Sequence record: OL964745.1
Length of the DNA: 64,000 nt
DNA from: Escherichia phage T4
Reading direction: 5' to 3' (one strand)
Position numbers and translations under genes: made by a program
Shown: piece by piece, positions 9,056 to 19,024 of the stretch
Position numbering within the stretch: the first letter of the stretch is position 1
Layout: each line of letters starts with the position of its first letter
The notes under the pieces: model-generated
Told to the model about the DNA's origin: nothing
Database searches by the model: none
What the model saw: only the letters and a program-made list of their open reading frames with translations

Positions 9056-9595
9056 TAACTCATAAGCTTGGAATGCATCGTATACGTCTTTTTCTGTTTT
9101 AGATTGAGCATAATTCAACGCATCAGCGATTTGCCATTTTTCTGCATCCTCAATATGTTTTGCATAGGTGCGTTTAACATAAGGAGAAAGTACTTTATCT
9201 ACATTCGCAAAAGTCGTTCCGCCGTATTGGTGAGAAGCAACTTGCGCAGTAATTTGTGCCATAATTGCAGTAGCAACTCCAATTGATTTAGGAGTTTCAA
9301 TCTGCGCATTACCAAGCTTAAATCCGTTTTCAAGCATTCCTTTTAAATATACTAAACAGCAATTAGTAAATGGAAGAGCAGGGGAATAATCAATATCATG
9401 CACGTGAATAATTCCGCTTTCATGCGCTTTCATAATAAAAGACGGGACCATATTTTTGGCAATGTGTTTAGACACAATACCAGCCATAAGGTCCCGTTGA
9501 GTTGGAAAAACACGAGAATCTTTATTAGCATTCTCGTTTAAAAGGTCTTTATTAGTTTTATGAATTAATCCTTCAATTTCTTTTTCAATTGTCAT
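9056..9595 (-). CDS. nrdD: Anaerobic ribonucleotide reductase NrdD, exon 1 (N-terminal ~180 codons)
   Basis: LLNENANKDS...PTQRDL...HVHDIDYSP...NCCLVYLKGM...AQITAQVASHQYGGTT aligns with the E. coli NrdD N-terminal region from memory. Confidence 0.75.
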
Positions 9596-10065
9596 TTTAA
9601 ACTCTTTCTAAGCTGCTTCTTGAATGAAGCTATTAATTGTGTTTTGGTGTCAGATTCATTATATTCAAATCCTCTTTGAAGCATCTCGGCCATCATTTCC
9701 TCTTTTCCTAAACGAGAAAATTCCTTTGATTTATCTCCAACAAAGTTAGGGTGAATATTATTTTGGGTGTAATCGGATTTTAAATAAGTAAGTAAATTTT
9801 CTAACCATTCAAGATAATCAACACCTTGTCCCTTTAAGCCAGAACGATTAAATTTATGCTTCATTTGACCTTCTGCAGCATTGCATAGATTACAAAGCAA
9901 TCCACGCACCTTTCCTGCTTTTGGTCCATTTAATTCATGGTCATGGTCGAGGTGATTAGCTTGAACATCAGGATTTAGTTCTCGTTGGCAAATTAAGCAT
10001 TTACCGTTTTGTGCATCATAAAATTTCTGTTTTTCTTCTTTGTATAATTTGCCAGTCAATAACAT
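9592..10065 (-). CDS. 49: Endonuclease VII (Holliday junction resolvase)
   Basis: 157-aa ORF matching T4 gp49 from memory; ATGA overlap with nrdD start. Confidence 0.9.
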   Translation of the reverse strand: MLLTGKLYKEEKQKFYDAQNGKCLICQRELNPDVQANHLDHDHELNGPKAGKVRGLLCNLCNAAEGQMKHKFNRSGLKGQGVDYLEWLENLLTYLKSDYTQNNIHPNFVGDKSKEFSRLGKEEMMAEMLQRGFEYNESDTKTQLIASFKKQLRKSLK

Positions 10066-10106
10066 AATAAACCCTTACCTTAAATAGATAAGGGTATTTA
10101 TTATTT

Positions 10107-10592
10107 TCAAGTATTGTAAAACATTTGATGCAATCGCTTATATTGCTGAATCATTCGGTCAGAAAAAGAAATTTGAGTTTCAAGCCATTCAATGTACTCT
10201 GCGGCAGCTTGCATTAAATTTCCTTCATAGCCATCGTTATTTTCTTGTGCAGCTAATTTAGCTAATGCGTATGAAATACGTTCACCTTGAAAATCGGCTT
10301 TAGGCTTCTGAACAACTTGATTAGTTCGCTCTACAACTTCTTCAATTTCGCCATTTTCTACTGATTCAGTATTCCACAAACACCAATACGTAATTGGCTT
10401 ATCGTAGATGTTAATAATCTTTCCATCAGAAAGTTCAATTTCAATAATTCCAGTGTCAGGCTCTATATCATCTTCACATTCTTTTACAAGTTCACGAACT
10501 TTAAAGACAGTACCTGCACTAAGTTCCGGCCAGTAATTACACAGCCCTGTATCAGCACGATTAATTCTAAACCATTTATCTACTGTAATCAT
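10107..10592 (-). CDS. pin: Hypothetical protein, possibly protease inhibitor Pin
   Basis: 161 aa from internal Met of ORF 10107-10610; position between 49 and nrdC as in T4. Confidence 0.45.
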   Translation of the reverse strand: MITVDKWFRINRADTGLCNYWPELSAGTVFKVRELVKECEDDIEPDTGIIEIELSDGKIINIYDKPITYWCLWNTESVENGEIEEVVERTNQVVQKPKADFQGERISYALAKLAAQENNDGYEGNLMQAAAEYIEWLETQISFSDRMIQQYKRLHQMFYNT

Positions 10593-10715
10593 GTCCCATC
10601 TCCATATCAATTAAGTCATTTATCGTTGGTTCATTATACACCGTTTCTTCATCAGTGTAAACCGGTTCTTCCGGCTCTGGCTCTACAGTTTCCCATCTAG
10701 CCGCCCACCAAGGTT

Positions 10716-11036
10716 TTATAGCGTAATCCATTCTCGTACTGTCTGAGTTACTACACGTTCTCGAAGCTCAACCAGTTCAACAGTAGGAACTGCATAATAC
10801 CAGTCAGAATGGTAAGAACCTGAGCGAGATTCATTTACAGCCACATGTACATTATGTTTTGGACTAAAATAAACACACTGACGATATTGGCATTTACCAT
10901 CTTGCACCCAGTCTTCTATTTCGATAGGTTTAAGATAGTCGGAAAAATCGAAATCATAGTTTTCCGAAAATGCATCATGGTCTTCAATGATTTCGCTCAG
11001 AACTGCATCAACATCTAATTTATTTTCAATATTCAT
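10716..11036 (-). CDS. Hypothetical acidic protein
   Basis: 106-aa ORF. Confidence 0.4.
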   Translation of the reverse strand: MNIENKLDVDAVLSEIIEDHDAFSENYDFDFSDYLKPIEIEDWVQDGKCQYRQCVYFSPKHNVHVAVNESRSGSYHSDWYYAVPTVELVELRERVVTQTVREWITL

Positions 11037-11341
11037 TTTTCACACCACCAACTGCTTACTTCAAAATCGGGTTCGCCATGTTCCCAGAACCAGGGGCCGA
11101 TAGGAATCCACTTACCTTCATCGGTGACGTCATATTCTTCGGATTTAAGCCCAACGTATCGCCATTCGACTTCATAAGCGGTACCACCGATTACAACTGT
11201 GTTCTCGCCATACGGGTTAGACACAACAAAGTCTATACCTTCTGCTTTAGCTAACCAAATCATGTATTCATAGAGTTTATATTCCAGGTCGCCTTCTGTT
11301 CCATCGCCTAGAAAAATAATTTGTTCATTTAATTCTATCAT
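11033..11341 (-). CDS. Hypothetical protein
   Basis: 102-aa ORF, ATGA overlaps on both sides. Confidence 0.4.
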   Translation of the reverse strand: MIELNEQIIFLGDGTEGDLEYKLYEYMIWLAKAEGIDFVVSNPYGENTVVIGGTAYEVEWRYVGLKSEEYDVTDEGKWIPIGPWFWEHGEPDFEVSSWWCEK

Positions 11342-11601
11342 TTAAAGTATTCCCGCAATTGGTCAAATCCACCAATATGACTTCCATCAGGAGCAAATAC
11401 CTGAGGCATTGTTAAGCCGATTTGAGTATCACGACCTAGTTTAGTCAGAAGCTCAGCAATTTTCTCATCATCAAAAACACCTTTTTCCGGCATAATGTTG
11501 ATAAATTCAAACGGCTGTTTCTTCACAGTCAAAAGACGTTTTGCATTATCGCAATACACACATTTATGAATGTTGCTATCATAACCATATACTTTAAACA
11601 T
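11338..11601 (-). CDS. nrdC: Glutaredoxin (thioredoxin) NrdC
   Basis: 87-aa ORF with CVYC active site, matches T4 glutaredoxin from memory. Confidence 0.85.
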   Translation of the reverse strand: MFKVYGYDSNIHKCVYCDNAKRLLTVKKQPFEFINIMPEKGVFDDEKIAELLTKLGRDTQIGLTMPQVFAPDGSHIGGFDQLREYFK

Positions 11602-11825
11602 ATTATTCCTTAATTCCTAGTACTTGTTTAAAAGTCTCGTCGTAATCAAGACTTTGGCCCGTTTGTTCTTTATGCTTGTATATAATCACTTACTTCTGAT
11701 AGCATATTTTTATATGAACGAGTTAAAGCAGATTTAAGCACGCTGTATCTATCAGGAAATTTACCGTGTTCATTATAATAAGCTTGCTAATTCACGGACT
11801 GCCTTTTCAGCAGTCTCCATATTCT

Positions 11826-12136
11826 TTACGCTTTGTCATTTTCTTCTCGGTCAAATCGGTGTTTACAATGGCGACATTTAACGAAGATTATTAGTCTGCC
11901 AATGGACCAATTGCACCTGTTCAGTTCCACATTCAGGGCAATTAGGAACGTTTTTAGAAGCCCTTTCGCGACGTTCAACCATGACCATTACAGAATCCCA
12001 ATTAACAGGAGGGCTAATCATCACAACCATAAATCTTTCCACGCATTTCCAGATCGTCTTCTTCACCAGCCATAATAATTTTAATTAGACTAGAATTACT
12101 TGAAGCTGCAATGTCTTCTAATAGACGCTTTTTCAT
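11826..12136 (-). pseudogene. Small zinc-ribbon ORF region with reading-frame discontinuities
   Basis: CPECG in one frame and CRHC 19 codons later in another frame; three short pieces. Confidence 0.3.
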
Positions 12137-12208
12137 TTCAATACCTCAATAGCAGTTCTTCTCACTTGGTTAATGATTTATACTCCGAGCCATCCTTGGC
12201 TTTAAATT

Positions 12209-12499
12209 TTACTTAATTAACTGCAAAGCTTGTTCTAGACGATCAAGACGATTAACGGATTCTTCCCAAATCTTTTTAGCCTGCTCATATTCTTTCTGCG
12301 CTTTATTAGAAATTTCTAGAACTTCTTTATAAGCTTTTTCTAGTGCAATAACTTCTGGACGAATTTCTATCGGTTCAGGTGAATCATCAAGACATTCCAT
12401 TAGTTCCTCAAGGGTAGTTTCTTCTTTAGGAGTATTCACAATTTCATCACATTTTTGTTGGTAAATTTCTTTACTAGTAGGTGAATAAGCACATTTCAC
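12209..12499 (-). CDS. Hypothetical protein
   Basis: 96-aa ORF. Confidence 0.4.
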   Translation of the reverse strand: MKCAYSPTSKEIYQQKCDEIVNTPKEETTLEELMECLDDSPEPIEIRPEVIALEKAYKEVLEISNKAQKEYEQAKKIWEESVNRLDRLEQALQLIK

Positions 12500-12900
12500 T
12501 TCACGAAGGCTAATTACGAGTTTATATCCTTCCCAACCGCATATTCTTAAAAGGATATGTATGAATTTCTACTGTTTCCATACAAAGTAATGCGGTCTCT
12601 AATTGACGAGTTAGTGCTAGCAATTGAGAAAAATTTATTAATATTCTTTTGGTTAGTTTCTGGTGTAAAAAATCCATAATTCACAAATAGATACTTTATT
12701 TTTATCAAGTTCATATTCTTTTATGATAATCATATCAGAAGCCAAAGGATGAATTTGACGATAATCGCCAACATAATTTAGAAGCTGATTTTAGAATTTG
12801 CTTCTTGAAAAGTCTGAAATTACTAATCCAACGACGAGTAAAAATATTCTCAGGGTCTTCTTTATTATTGAGATGATAAGAATTAACATCACCGAACCAA

Positions 12901-13155
12901 TTATCCTACTACATCTTTAGTTCGTTTAATTTCTTTCCCAAAATTACCAAGAATATCCCGATTAACCAAATATGAAAGAAGACGAGACTCTTTAAAGGTT
13001 TTCTTGATAACATCTTTATCTACACGGCTAGAAATTTTACGAATTTCATGAATAAATTTAGTAGAAGAAACAATACTTGCATCAACACTATTGAGCCACT
13101 GATTGATAATAGAAAGAACGCTATTTTGGCCAAACATCGGTATAGCTATCATCAA
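12901..13155 (-). CDS. Hypothetical protein
   Basis: 84-aa ORF. Confidence 0.3.
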   Translation of the reverse strand: MMIAIPMFGQNSVLSIINQWLNSVDASIVSSTKFIHEIRKISSRVDKDVIKKTFKESRLLSYLVNRDILGNFGKEIKRTKDVVG

Positions 13156-13250
13156 TAACGCTATTGAATGATTTGATATTCGTTACGAGTCATATTAATC
13201 TCCTCAGTAGAAAGTAAGAACATTATACCACATCCTTGTGGCAAAGTAAA

Positions 13251-13511
13251 CTAGTTCAGTGCATTTAGTGCATTGTTCAGTTTAGAACGTTGCTTTGTCA
13301 GATTTTGAACCCTTGACTGAGCTTGTTCTAACGCCTTTTCAGCTTCTAGCACTTCATTGGTCGCTTTAACTAATTCAGCATCTACTGCCTTAAGAGACTT
13401 CTCAATCGCATCCGCGTGCCATTTTTCAACAGGTTTAAGACTTGGATTTTCAACAGGAAGAAAATTCACTTTATTGAATTTCCATGCATCTTTATTACCT
13501 GAGCTATACAT
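13251..13511 (-). CDS. Hypothetical coiled-coil protein
   Basis: 86-aa ORF. Confidence 0.4.
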   Translation of the reverse strand: MYSSGNKDAWKFNKVNFLPVENPSLKPVEKWHADAIEKSLKAVDAELVKATNEVLEAEKALEQAQSRVQNLTKQRSKLNNALNALN

Positions 13512-13539
13512 CCAAAATTTAGGATCGTTTGATAAGTAA

Positions 13540-14271
13540 TTAGATATTTAAGTTATCTTGCACTTCTTGCTTTTTCTCTTGTGTGACTTCGTCCTTTCTC
13601 AAAAATTCATATTTAAATGAAACGATCATATCAAGTTCATATGATGTTGTATCTAACTTAAATCGTTCAAAACGAGGTAAAATCTTAGATTGAACAGCAG
13701 CAACAACATCCATATACTTAAATGCTTCTGTCAACTGCGATTTAAGGCATTCGCAAATTGAAAGAGAATTTTTTGTATTAGGTTTAAAGCTAATTCGTGC
13801 AGTTCTATTATTTTCTTTTAACGGTCTTACTTCCATCTGAAGAGTATAACCATCAAATTTCAGATTCTTTAAGTTAATGTCAGAGCCTTTTAATCGACTA
13901 GCAGTAGACAAAATTTGCTTTAATTGTCTACGGAACAGAGCAATAAATCTCCATTCAATACGATAATGATTTGGATTGAAAAATCCAGATGATAAATCGA
14001 CCTTACTTTGACCAACGCCTTGAACAAATAGAGGATTTTTATAATCAATAGTTTTACAGAAATCGGTGAGCTGTTCACGAGCAGTCATTTGAGTAATATA
14101 CCCTGCTTTACTAAAATTACGCACCCATTCACTGCTATTCGTATACTTAAAGTGATGAATAACACGATTAACTTTATCAGGGTCTAAATTATTTTCACAC
14201 AAAAATGTCATAACATCACGAGTATAGCTGGCATTACGAACCATATCTTCAATTTGAGAACGAGTTTTCAT
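13540..14271 (-). CDS. Hypothetical protein (243 aa)
   Basis: Long uninterrupted ORF, no motif recognised. Confidence 0.5.
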   Translation of the reverse strand: MKTRSQIEDMVRNASYTRDVMTFLCENNLDPDKVNRVIHHFKYTNSSEWVRNFSKAGYITQMTAREQLTDFCKTIDYKNPLFVQGVGQSKVDLSSGFFNPNHYRIEWRFIALFRRQLKQILSTASRLKGSDINLKNLKFDGYTLQMEVRPLKENNRTARISFKPNTKNSLSICECLKSQLTEAFKYMDVVAAVQSKILPRFERFKLDTTSYELDMIVSFKYEFLRKDEVTQEKKQEVQDNLNI

Positions 14272-14279
14272 GGTGTTCC

Positions 14280-15191
14280 TTAAGATTTAAGTAAATCAAC
14301 AATTTTAATTAACTTTTCACGCTCAGATTTAGCTTTACTACTCAATCCAGATAGTCTGAAAATTTCATCATATTGTTGAATAGAAATATTCAGCTCTTCA
14401 ATTTGCTTATTAAAATAATCAATTTGTTCAGAATGTTTTTCGTTACTACGAACTGGTACAGGTTTTGTAGGCAATTTAGTTGAACTGGATTCATTCGGGC
14501 GATAAATTAAAATGCAATTTGAACCAATCGGGCATTTAGCACCAGATGAATATTCTAACGTTCCAGCTTCTTTTAAAACTTCAAAAGCTAAACAGAGATG
14601 ATGCCCCATATTAACATAATCAGTAGAGCGAGCTCTGATGTAATAATCATCTCCACGAGTGCTAAATTTAAAGCATTTAAGGTCTTCTGTATTATTAGTT
14701 TTAAAAATCATTTGTTTATCTAGACCTTTAGCCAATCGAGCACCTAATGCTAATAATCGTCGTTGATTTTCCCACAAATCTGCGATCATTTGGTCAAATG
14801 ATAATTTCGGCATTAGCCGACCATAAAGGTCATATCCTTTATTATAATTGCGAAGGATTTCACTCGCATTAATACGAGACAACGCTCCAATTTTATTAAG
14901 GGCTTTCATAATACGATTAGATAAACTCATTCCAGACCCGTTTGTTCGCTGTAAATGTTTTTCTAATCCAAATCCAATATCAACTTTAAATTTATCTAAA
15001 ATTTCAGCATGAACATCTCTGTCAATAACATTCAAATCCAAAGTTGGGTTAAATCTATGAAAAAATTTATCTGGCTCTCCACGACGTAAAACAGTCCATT
15101 CATTCATCATTTTTTTATTAACTAAAGATTTAATTACTGCGTTGACATTATTAATTACTACTGACATATTTTCCTCACTCAATTTTACCAA
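14280..15191 (-). CDS. Hypothetical protein (303 aa)
   Basis: Long uninterrupted ORF, no motif recognised. Confidence 0.5.
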   Translation of the reverse strand: MVKLSEENMSVVINNVNAVIKSLVNKKMMNEWTVLRRGEPDKFFHRFNPTLDLNVIDRDVHAEILDKFKVDIGFGLEKHLQRTNGSGMSLSNRIMKALNKIGALSRINASEILRNYNKGYDLYGRLMPKLSFDQMIADLWENQRRLLALGARLAKGLDKQMIFKTNNTEDLKCFKFSTRGDDYYIRARSTDYVNMGHHLCLAFEVLKEAGTLEYSSGAKCPIGSNCILIYRPNESSSTKLPTKPVPVRSNEKHSEQIDYFNKQIEELNISIQQYDEIFRLSGLSSKAKSEREKLIKIVDLLKS

Positions 15192-15408
15192 TTACGCGGA
15201 ATAAGATTGAACAGACTATATAAGTACCACATATAGATTGAACTAATGCCATTCCAAAGAACCAAACAATATTATCAAACCATGTCTGTTTTACGTCGAA
15301 AGGACGTAAACTTACAGTAATATTATCACCTTTTTCTATTGAAGAATACATCTCTGGGGGAAATATATTCACTAAATCTATAACCGTCTTTGAGTTCATA
15401 TACAGCAA
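15175..15408 (-). CDS. Small membrane protein
   Basis: 77-aa ORF with C-terminal hydrophobic segment. Confidence 0.35.
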   Translation of the reverse strand: MLYMNSKTVIDLVNIFPPEMYSSIEKGDNITVSLRPFDVKQTWFDNIVWFFGMALVQSICGTYIVCSILFRVIGKIE

Positions 15409-15577
15409 TAAACGATAAACTAGACCCCTTTCCTTGAGTTCCTGTAAGGGTATTAACTACAGTAACATCATAATCTTTATAATGCATATAATCATTAATT
15501 GCGTAATAACCATATGCAATTACTATACATAAACAACATATCAATAAATTCAATCTTTTAATTATCAACTGTTTCAT
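15326..15577 (-). CDS. Small membrane protein
   Basis: 83-aa ORF with N-terminal TM helix. Confidence 0.35.
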   Translation of the reverse strand: MKQLIIKRLNLLICCLCIVIAYGYYAINDYMHYKDYDVTVVNTLTGTQGKGSSLSFIAVYELKDGYRFSEYISPRDVFFNRKR

Positions 15578-15632
15578 AATAATCTCAATTAAAAGGGCTT
15601 AGAACCATTATACCATCCTTGGTATAAAGCGG

Positions 15633-16160
15633 TTATGCGAGTACCGTATTTAACCGTTCTTCAAACTTCCGAAGAGTGTTCTGGCGTTCAGCTCTTTGCT
15701 TTTTGTAAGTTTCAATACGCTCTGAAATGAGAGTGTATCGTTCATTTACTGATTCTTTCATAAAATCAGGAATTTCACGAGAAGCTTTAATCTCGTCAAA
15801 TTTATCAATAACAGCTTGCTCTTCAGCAATTAAGTTATCATACATCAAAATATCTTTCTTGATGAACTCAATATCTTCTTGAGTTACACGAGATAATTTA
15901 GATGCTTTATCCTTTTTGTACTGTTCGTTAGTATCACGAGACCAGTGTAATGTACGATTTTTATTCGTATTCTTGTAAATTTCTACAATACCAATCTCAT
16001 CGATAATAACGATCCAATTCCAACGGGATTTGTAAATTTGTCCTCCATTAACAGTGATTTCACCTCCGATTGAGATGTCATTAAAGAACTTGCTTTGTGC
16101 TTCTGATTTAAATTTACCATCGTTGTAATTTACCAGGTTGAAAATATCTTTAGCGTTCAT
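15633..16160 (-). CDS. Hypothetical protein
   Basis: Start at internal Met (MNAKDIF) with GGAGGA SD; the track ORF start at 16220 reads through the promoter. Confidence 0.5.
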   Translation of the reverse strand: MNAKDIFNLVNYNDGKFKSEAQSKFFNDISIGGEITVNGGQIYKSRWNWIVIIDEIGIVEIYKNTNKNRTLHWSRDTNEQYKKDKASKLSRVTQEDIEFIKKDILMYDNLIAEEQAVIDKFDEIKASREIPDFMKESVNERYTLISERIETYKKQRAERQNTLRKFEERLNTVLA

Positions 16161-16185
16161 TTTGTGTTCCTCCGTAGTTGATAGT

Positions 16186-16219
16186 TGTATAGTACCACAG
16201 AGGAACGGTCTTGTAAACA
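16186..16219 (-). promoter_or_regulatory. Early promoter
   Basis: Minus strand GTTTACA -35, 17-nt spacer, TACTAT -10. Confidence 0.5.
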
Positions 16220-16220
16220 A

Positions 16221-16535
16221 CTAAAAGAAACTTCTTTCACAATTTTTTCCACTGAACCAAGCGCTCACTGCTTTCTTAGTTTCAGGAGCAGTGTTATCCA
16301 TAAACCATTCAAAGGCAGCCTTTTTATGATTCTGGAGGGCTTCTCGGGCTTTAATCTGCTCACGGTCTATTAACACTAACATATGAGCCTTTCTTGTCAC
16401 CAGGGGCTTCTTATGATTTTTTGAATACTCCCAATCATTTGTCCATCGCATCGTTGTTGCGAATTGAAATACAGCTTCTTTAATCTTAGTTTCGTAAATT
16501 TCACGAGCCTTTGAGTATAACATCATTACCTCCAT
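16221..16535 (-). CDS. Hypothetical protein
   Basis: 104-aa ORF. Confidence 0.45.
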   Translation of the reverse strand: MEVMMLYSKAREIYETKIKEAVFQFATTMRWTNDWEYSKNHKKPLVTRKAHMLVLIDREQIKAREALQNHKKAAFEWFMDNTAPETKKAVSAWFSGKNCERSFF

Positions 16536-16625
16536 TTACCAGTTTAATTCTAGTCATCTTTTTGATGGCAGTCCATATAATCTATTTCTGAACTGCCTTT
16601 TTGTCTTAGAAGGCCTCTTATGAAT

Positions 16626-17606
16626 TTATTTCAGAAGAGTAACCGTAGCGATTTCTTCCCAACCGTTTTTGTCGGTCATAATAAAGTCAGCAAGATAAAG
16701 TGCAGTACGCAGTGAAACATTACGTAAACGGTTAACATTGACTTTCATCCATGATAATGCTTTATAAGTTTCTTCATCAGAAAGACCACGCTTTTGCATC
16801 ATGTCGGTTGAAAGAATAACATCTTCAACCCTGACCATAATTTCTTCATTAGTGTGAACACCCAAATCCAAATAAACTGAGCGGGACACTAATGCTTGTA
16901 AATGTGGAGCAAGTTTAGTACCACGGTCTAATTCGCGGTCAATGTCAACGTTTGTGATAAAAACAATTGTTCCTTTAAATTCAAACTCACGCTCAATGCC
17001 TTTTTCTTCTAAGTAAGAAGATGCAGTGCTCCAGCAGACTTTACGGGTCTCTCCAGTGTCCAGAGCAGCTTTCAGAAGATTAAGAATGTCCATATCAGAG
17101 AAAACATCCACATCATCAATCAAAAGGACAGAATTCTCTTCACGATTATTCCAAAGCTGTTCATAAAGACCGATACCAGAGATTTTACCGTTAATGCTTT
17201 TATACTCAATGTATCCAATATCATTTGCTTTATTCAAAGCTTTATCTAAAGAATATGTTTTACCAATACCCGCCGCACCAGAGATAATTAATGAACGAAT
17301 ATTTCCGTTAATAATACCATTCGTCATCATTCCCATAACATTAAATCTTTTATTAATGCGGGTTTTCATATCTTCATATGATTCTTTAACTTCTTCAACT
17401 TTTACACCATCATATGAAATGTCTGATTTGTAAACCCAAACACCGCGACGTTTACCGTCAATTTCAACAAAAACTTTACCATCTCCTTGTGCATCTACCG
17501 GAGCATTATCAGGGAACCATTCACCTAAGAGCTCAAAAGTTCCAGAGATTTCTTTACCGAAGTAGATACCCTTATTGATAGTTACAGTTTTCATTTTATT
17601 CTCCAA
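16626..17606 (-). CDS. P-loop NTPase (AAA-type) of unknown function
   Basis: 326-aa ORF with Walker A GAAGIGKT and Walker B VLLIDDVD. Confidence 0.55.
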   Translation of the reverse strand: MENKMKTVTINKGIYFGKEISGTFELLGEWFPDNAPVDAQGDGKVFVEIDGKRRGVWVYKSDISYDGVKVEEVKESYEDMKTRINKRFNVMGMMTNGIINGNIRSLIISGAAGIGKTYSLDKALNKANDIGYIEYKSINGKISGIGLYEQLWNNREENSVLLIDDVDVFSDMDILNLLKAALDTGETRKVCWSTASSYLEEKGIEREFEFKGTIVFITNVDIDRELDRGTKLAPHLQALVSRSVYLDLGVHTNEEIMVRVEDVILSTDMMQKRGLSDEETYKALSWMKVNVNRLRNVSLRTALYLADFIMTDKNGWEEIATVTLLK

Positions 17607-17625
17607 ATCCGTATCAGTTGATAGT

Positions 17626-17659
17626 TGTATAGTACCATAAAGCTTTATGCTTGTAAACC
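17626..17659 (-). promoter_or_regulatory. Early promoter
   Basis: Forward TATAGTA 17628-17634 and GTAAAC 17653-17658 (minus-strand -10/-35). Confidence 0.5.
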
Positions 17660-17687
17660 GTTTTGTGAAAAAATTTTGAAATAAAAA

Positions 17688-17707
17688 AGGGAGCCCGAAG
17701 GCTCCCT
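17688..17707 (-). terminator. Rho-independent terminator (UUCG hairpin)
   Basis: AGGGAGCCCGAAGGCTCCCT followed on minus strand by UUUUUUAUUU. Confidence 0.55.
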
Positions 17708-17708
17708 A

Positions 17709-18056
17709 TCATTTATAATAACTTCGATGGTTTTCAAGATAAACCCTCTCAAGGAAGTCATCCCAGAAACTCATGTCTACTTTTTGCTGCATACCGTTCT
17801 TAGAAGCTTCAGTAGATGCTGCTTCTATAAATCCTGGGCATGAAGAATAAAAATGAATTTTATGCTCATCATTAATGCTTACAATTTTATCAGTGTAAGC
17901 ATATTCAATTTGGGTTAAACGAACAATTTCGCTAGGCGTAAAATATAACATGTCATCTTCTTGCGTCAAACGATACATGTTATTTACTTTTTCTATAGCC
18001 AATTCACCAAAAAGTGGACTAACTTCTAATACTAGTCGTTTCGCCTCGCTCATCAT
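17709..18056 (-). CDS. Hypothetical protein
   Basis: 115-aa ORF. Confidence 0.45.
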   Translation of the reverse strand: MMSEAKRLVLEVSPLFGELAIEKVNNMYRLTQEDDMLYFTPSEIVRLTQIEYAYTDKIVSINDEHKIHFYSSCPGFIEAASTEASKNGMQQKVDMSFWDDFLERVYLENHRSYYK

Positions 18057-18185
18057 TACATACTCCTCTGAATCATATTAATAATGTTATTCACCAGATT
18101 ATAAGTAAACATTGGGTAATTATATTGAATCATCACATATATAACAAACAAAACTTTCATTCTCTTCTCCTTGGCAGTTGACAAG

Positions 18186-18219
18186 ATTACTATACCATAA
18201 TCTTGTCAACTTGTAAACC
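18186..18219 (-). promoter_or_regulatory. Early promoter
   Basis: Forward GTAAAC 18213-18218 with ACTATACCA -10 complement. Confidence 0.4.
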
Positions 18220-18383
18220 ATTAAATGACGTTTTCGATAAAATTTTGAAGCTTTGTATGAGCATCAACCATGATTTTCATTTCTTCCTTGGCAAAAGCTG
18301 TGCCTCTTTCCCGAGAAGAACATTCATAGTCAGAAACTGCATTAGCATATTCTTCAATTAGCTTCATTAAAAACATCTGTTTT

Positions 18384-18578
18384 TCAGTTTTCATTATTCC
18401 ACCTAATCATTTCAAGATATTGAACTAACTTAGCTTTGGATTTATCCAAATCCCTTTTAGCTGCTTCTATACCGTCGTATGAATATCCTTCACAATGCTC
18501 AACTGCTAATTGATATGAATCTATTTCAATATCATGCGCTAATTTAATGATTTTTTCAAACTGTTCGCGTGTTAGCAT
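18384..18578 (-). CDS. Hypothetical small protein
   Basis: 64-aa ORF. Confidence 0.35.
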   Translation of the reverse strand: MLTREQFEKIIKLAHDIEIDSYQLAVEHCEGYSYDGIEAAKRDLDKSKAKLVQYLEMIRWNNEN

Positions 18579-18580
18579 AC

Positions 18581-18799
18581 TTAAACTCTCGTATTATGAT
18601 CGATAATTTCATCAAGAAACATATCTAACGCTTCTACAGCATTATTAACTTTAGCTTCAAATTCTTCAATACCTGATAAGGCAAAGTTAATGCGTTCCTC
18701 ATCTGCTTTACGAATTAAAGCTACCAATTCCTTAATTTTATCCGCTTGTTCGATACTAATCATTATTCCACCACATATGAAAGAGAGAATATTGCACAC
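18581..18799 (-). CDS. Hypothetical small protein
   Basis: 72-aa ORF. Confidence 0.35.
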   Translation of the reverse strand: MCNILSFICGGIMISIEQADKIKELVALIRKADEERINFALSGIEEFEAKVNNAVEALDMFLDEIIDHNTRV

Positions 18800-18974
18800 G
18801 CCATGTGAGTTGCAACTTCATCACACATTATAACGTTTCTTAAGAAGTTCTACAAGTTCTTCACTAGTAACTTCATCCATGTCGACGAAAAAATCACCAT
18901 TAATGATGACGTAGATATTTCCTTCTTGATTGAGTGCTTCAATTTTCATGATGTTCTCCTCTTTATCCGATGGT

Positions 18975-19008
18975 TGTATAGTACCACAGCTCAAACGGAA
19001 AGTAAACC
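18975..19008 (-). promoter_or_regulatory. Early promoter
   Basis: Forward TATAGTA 18977-18983 and GTAAAC 19002-19007. Confidence 0.45.
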
Positions 19009-19024
19009 GGTAAAATGAAAAAAA

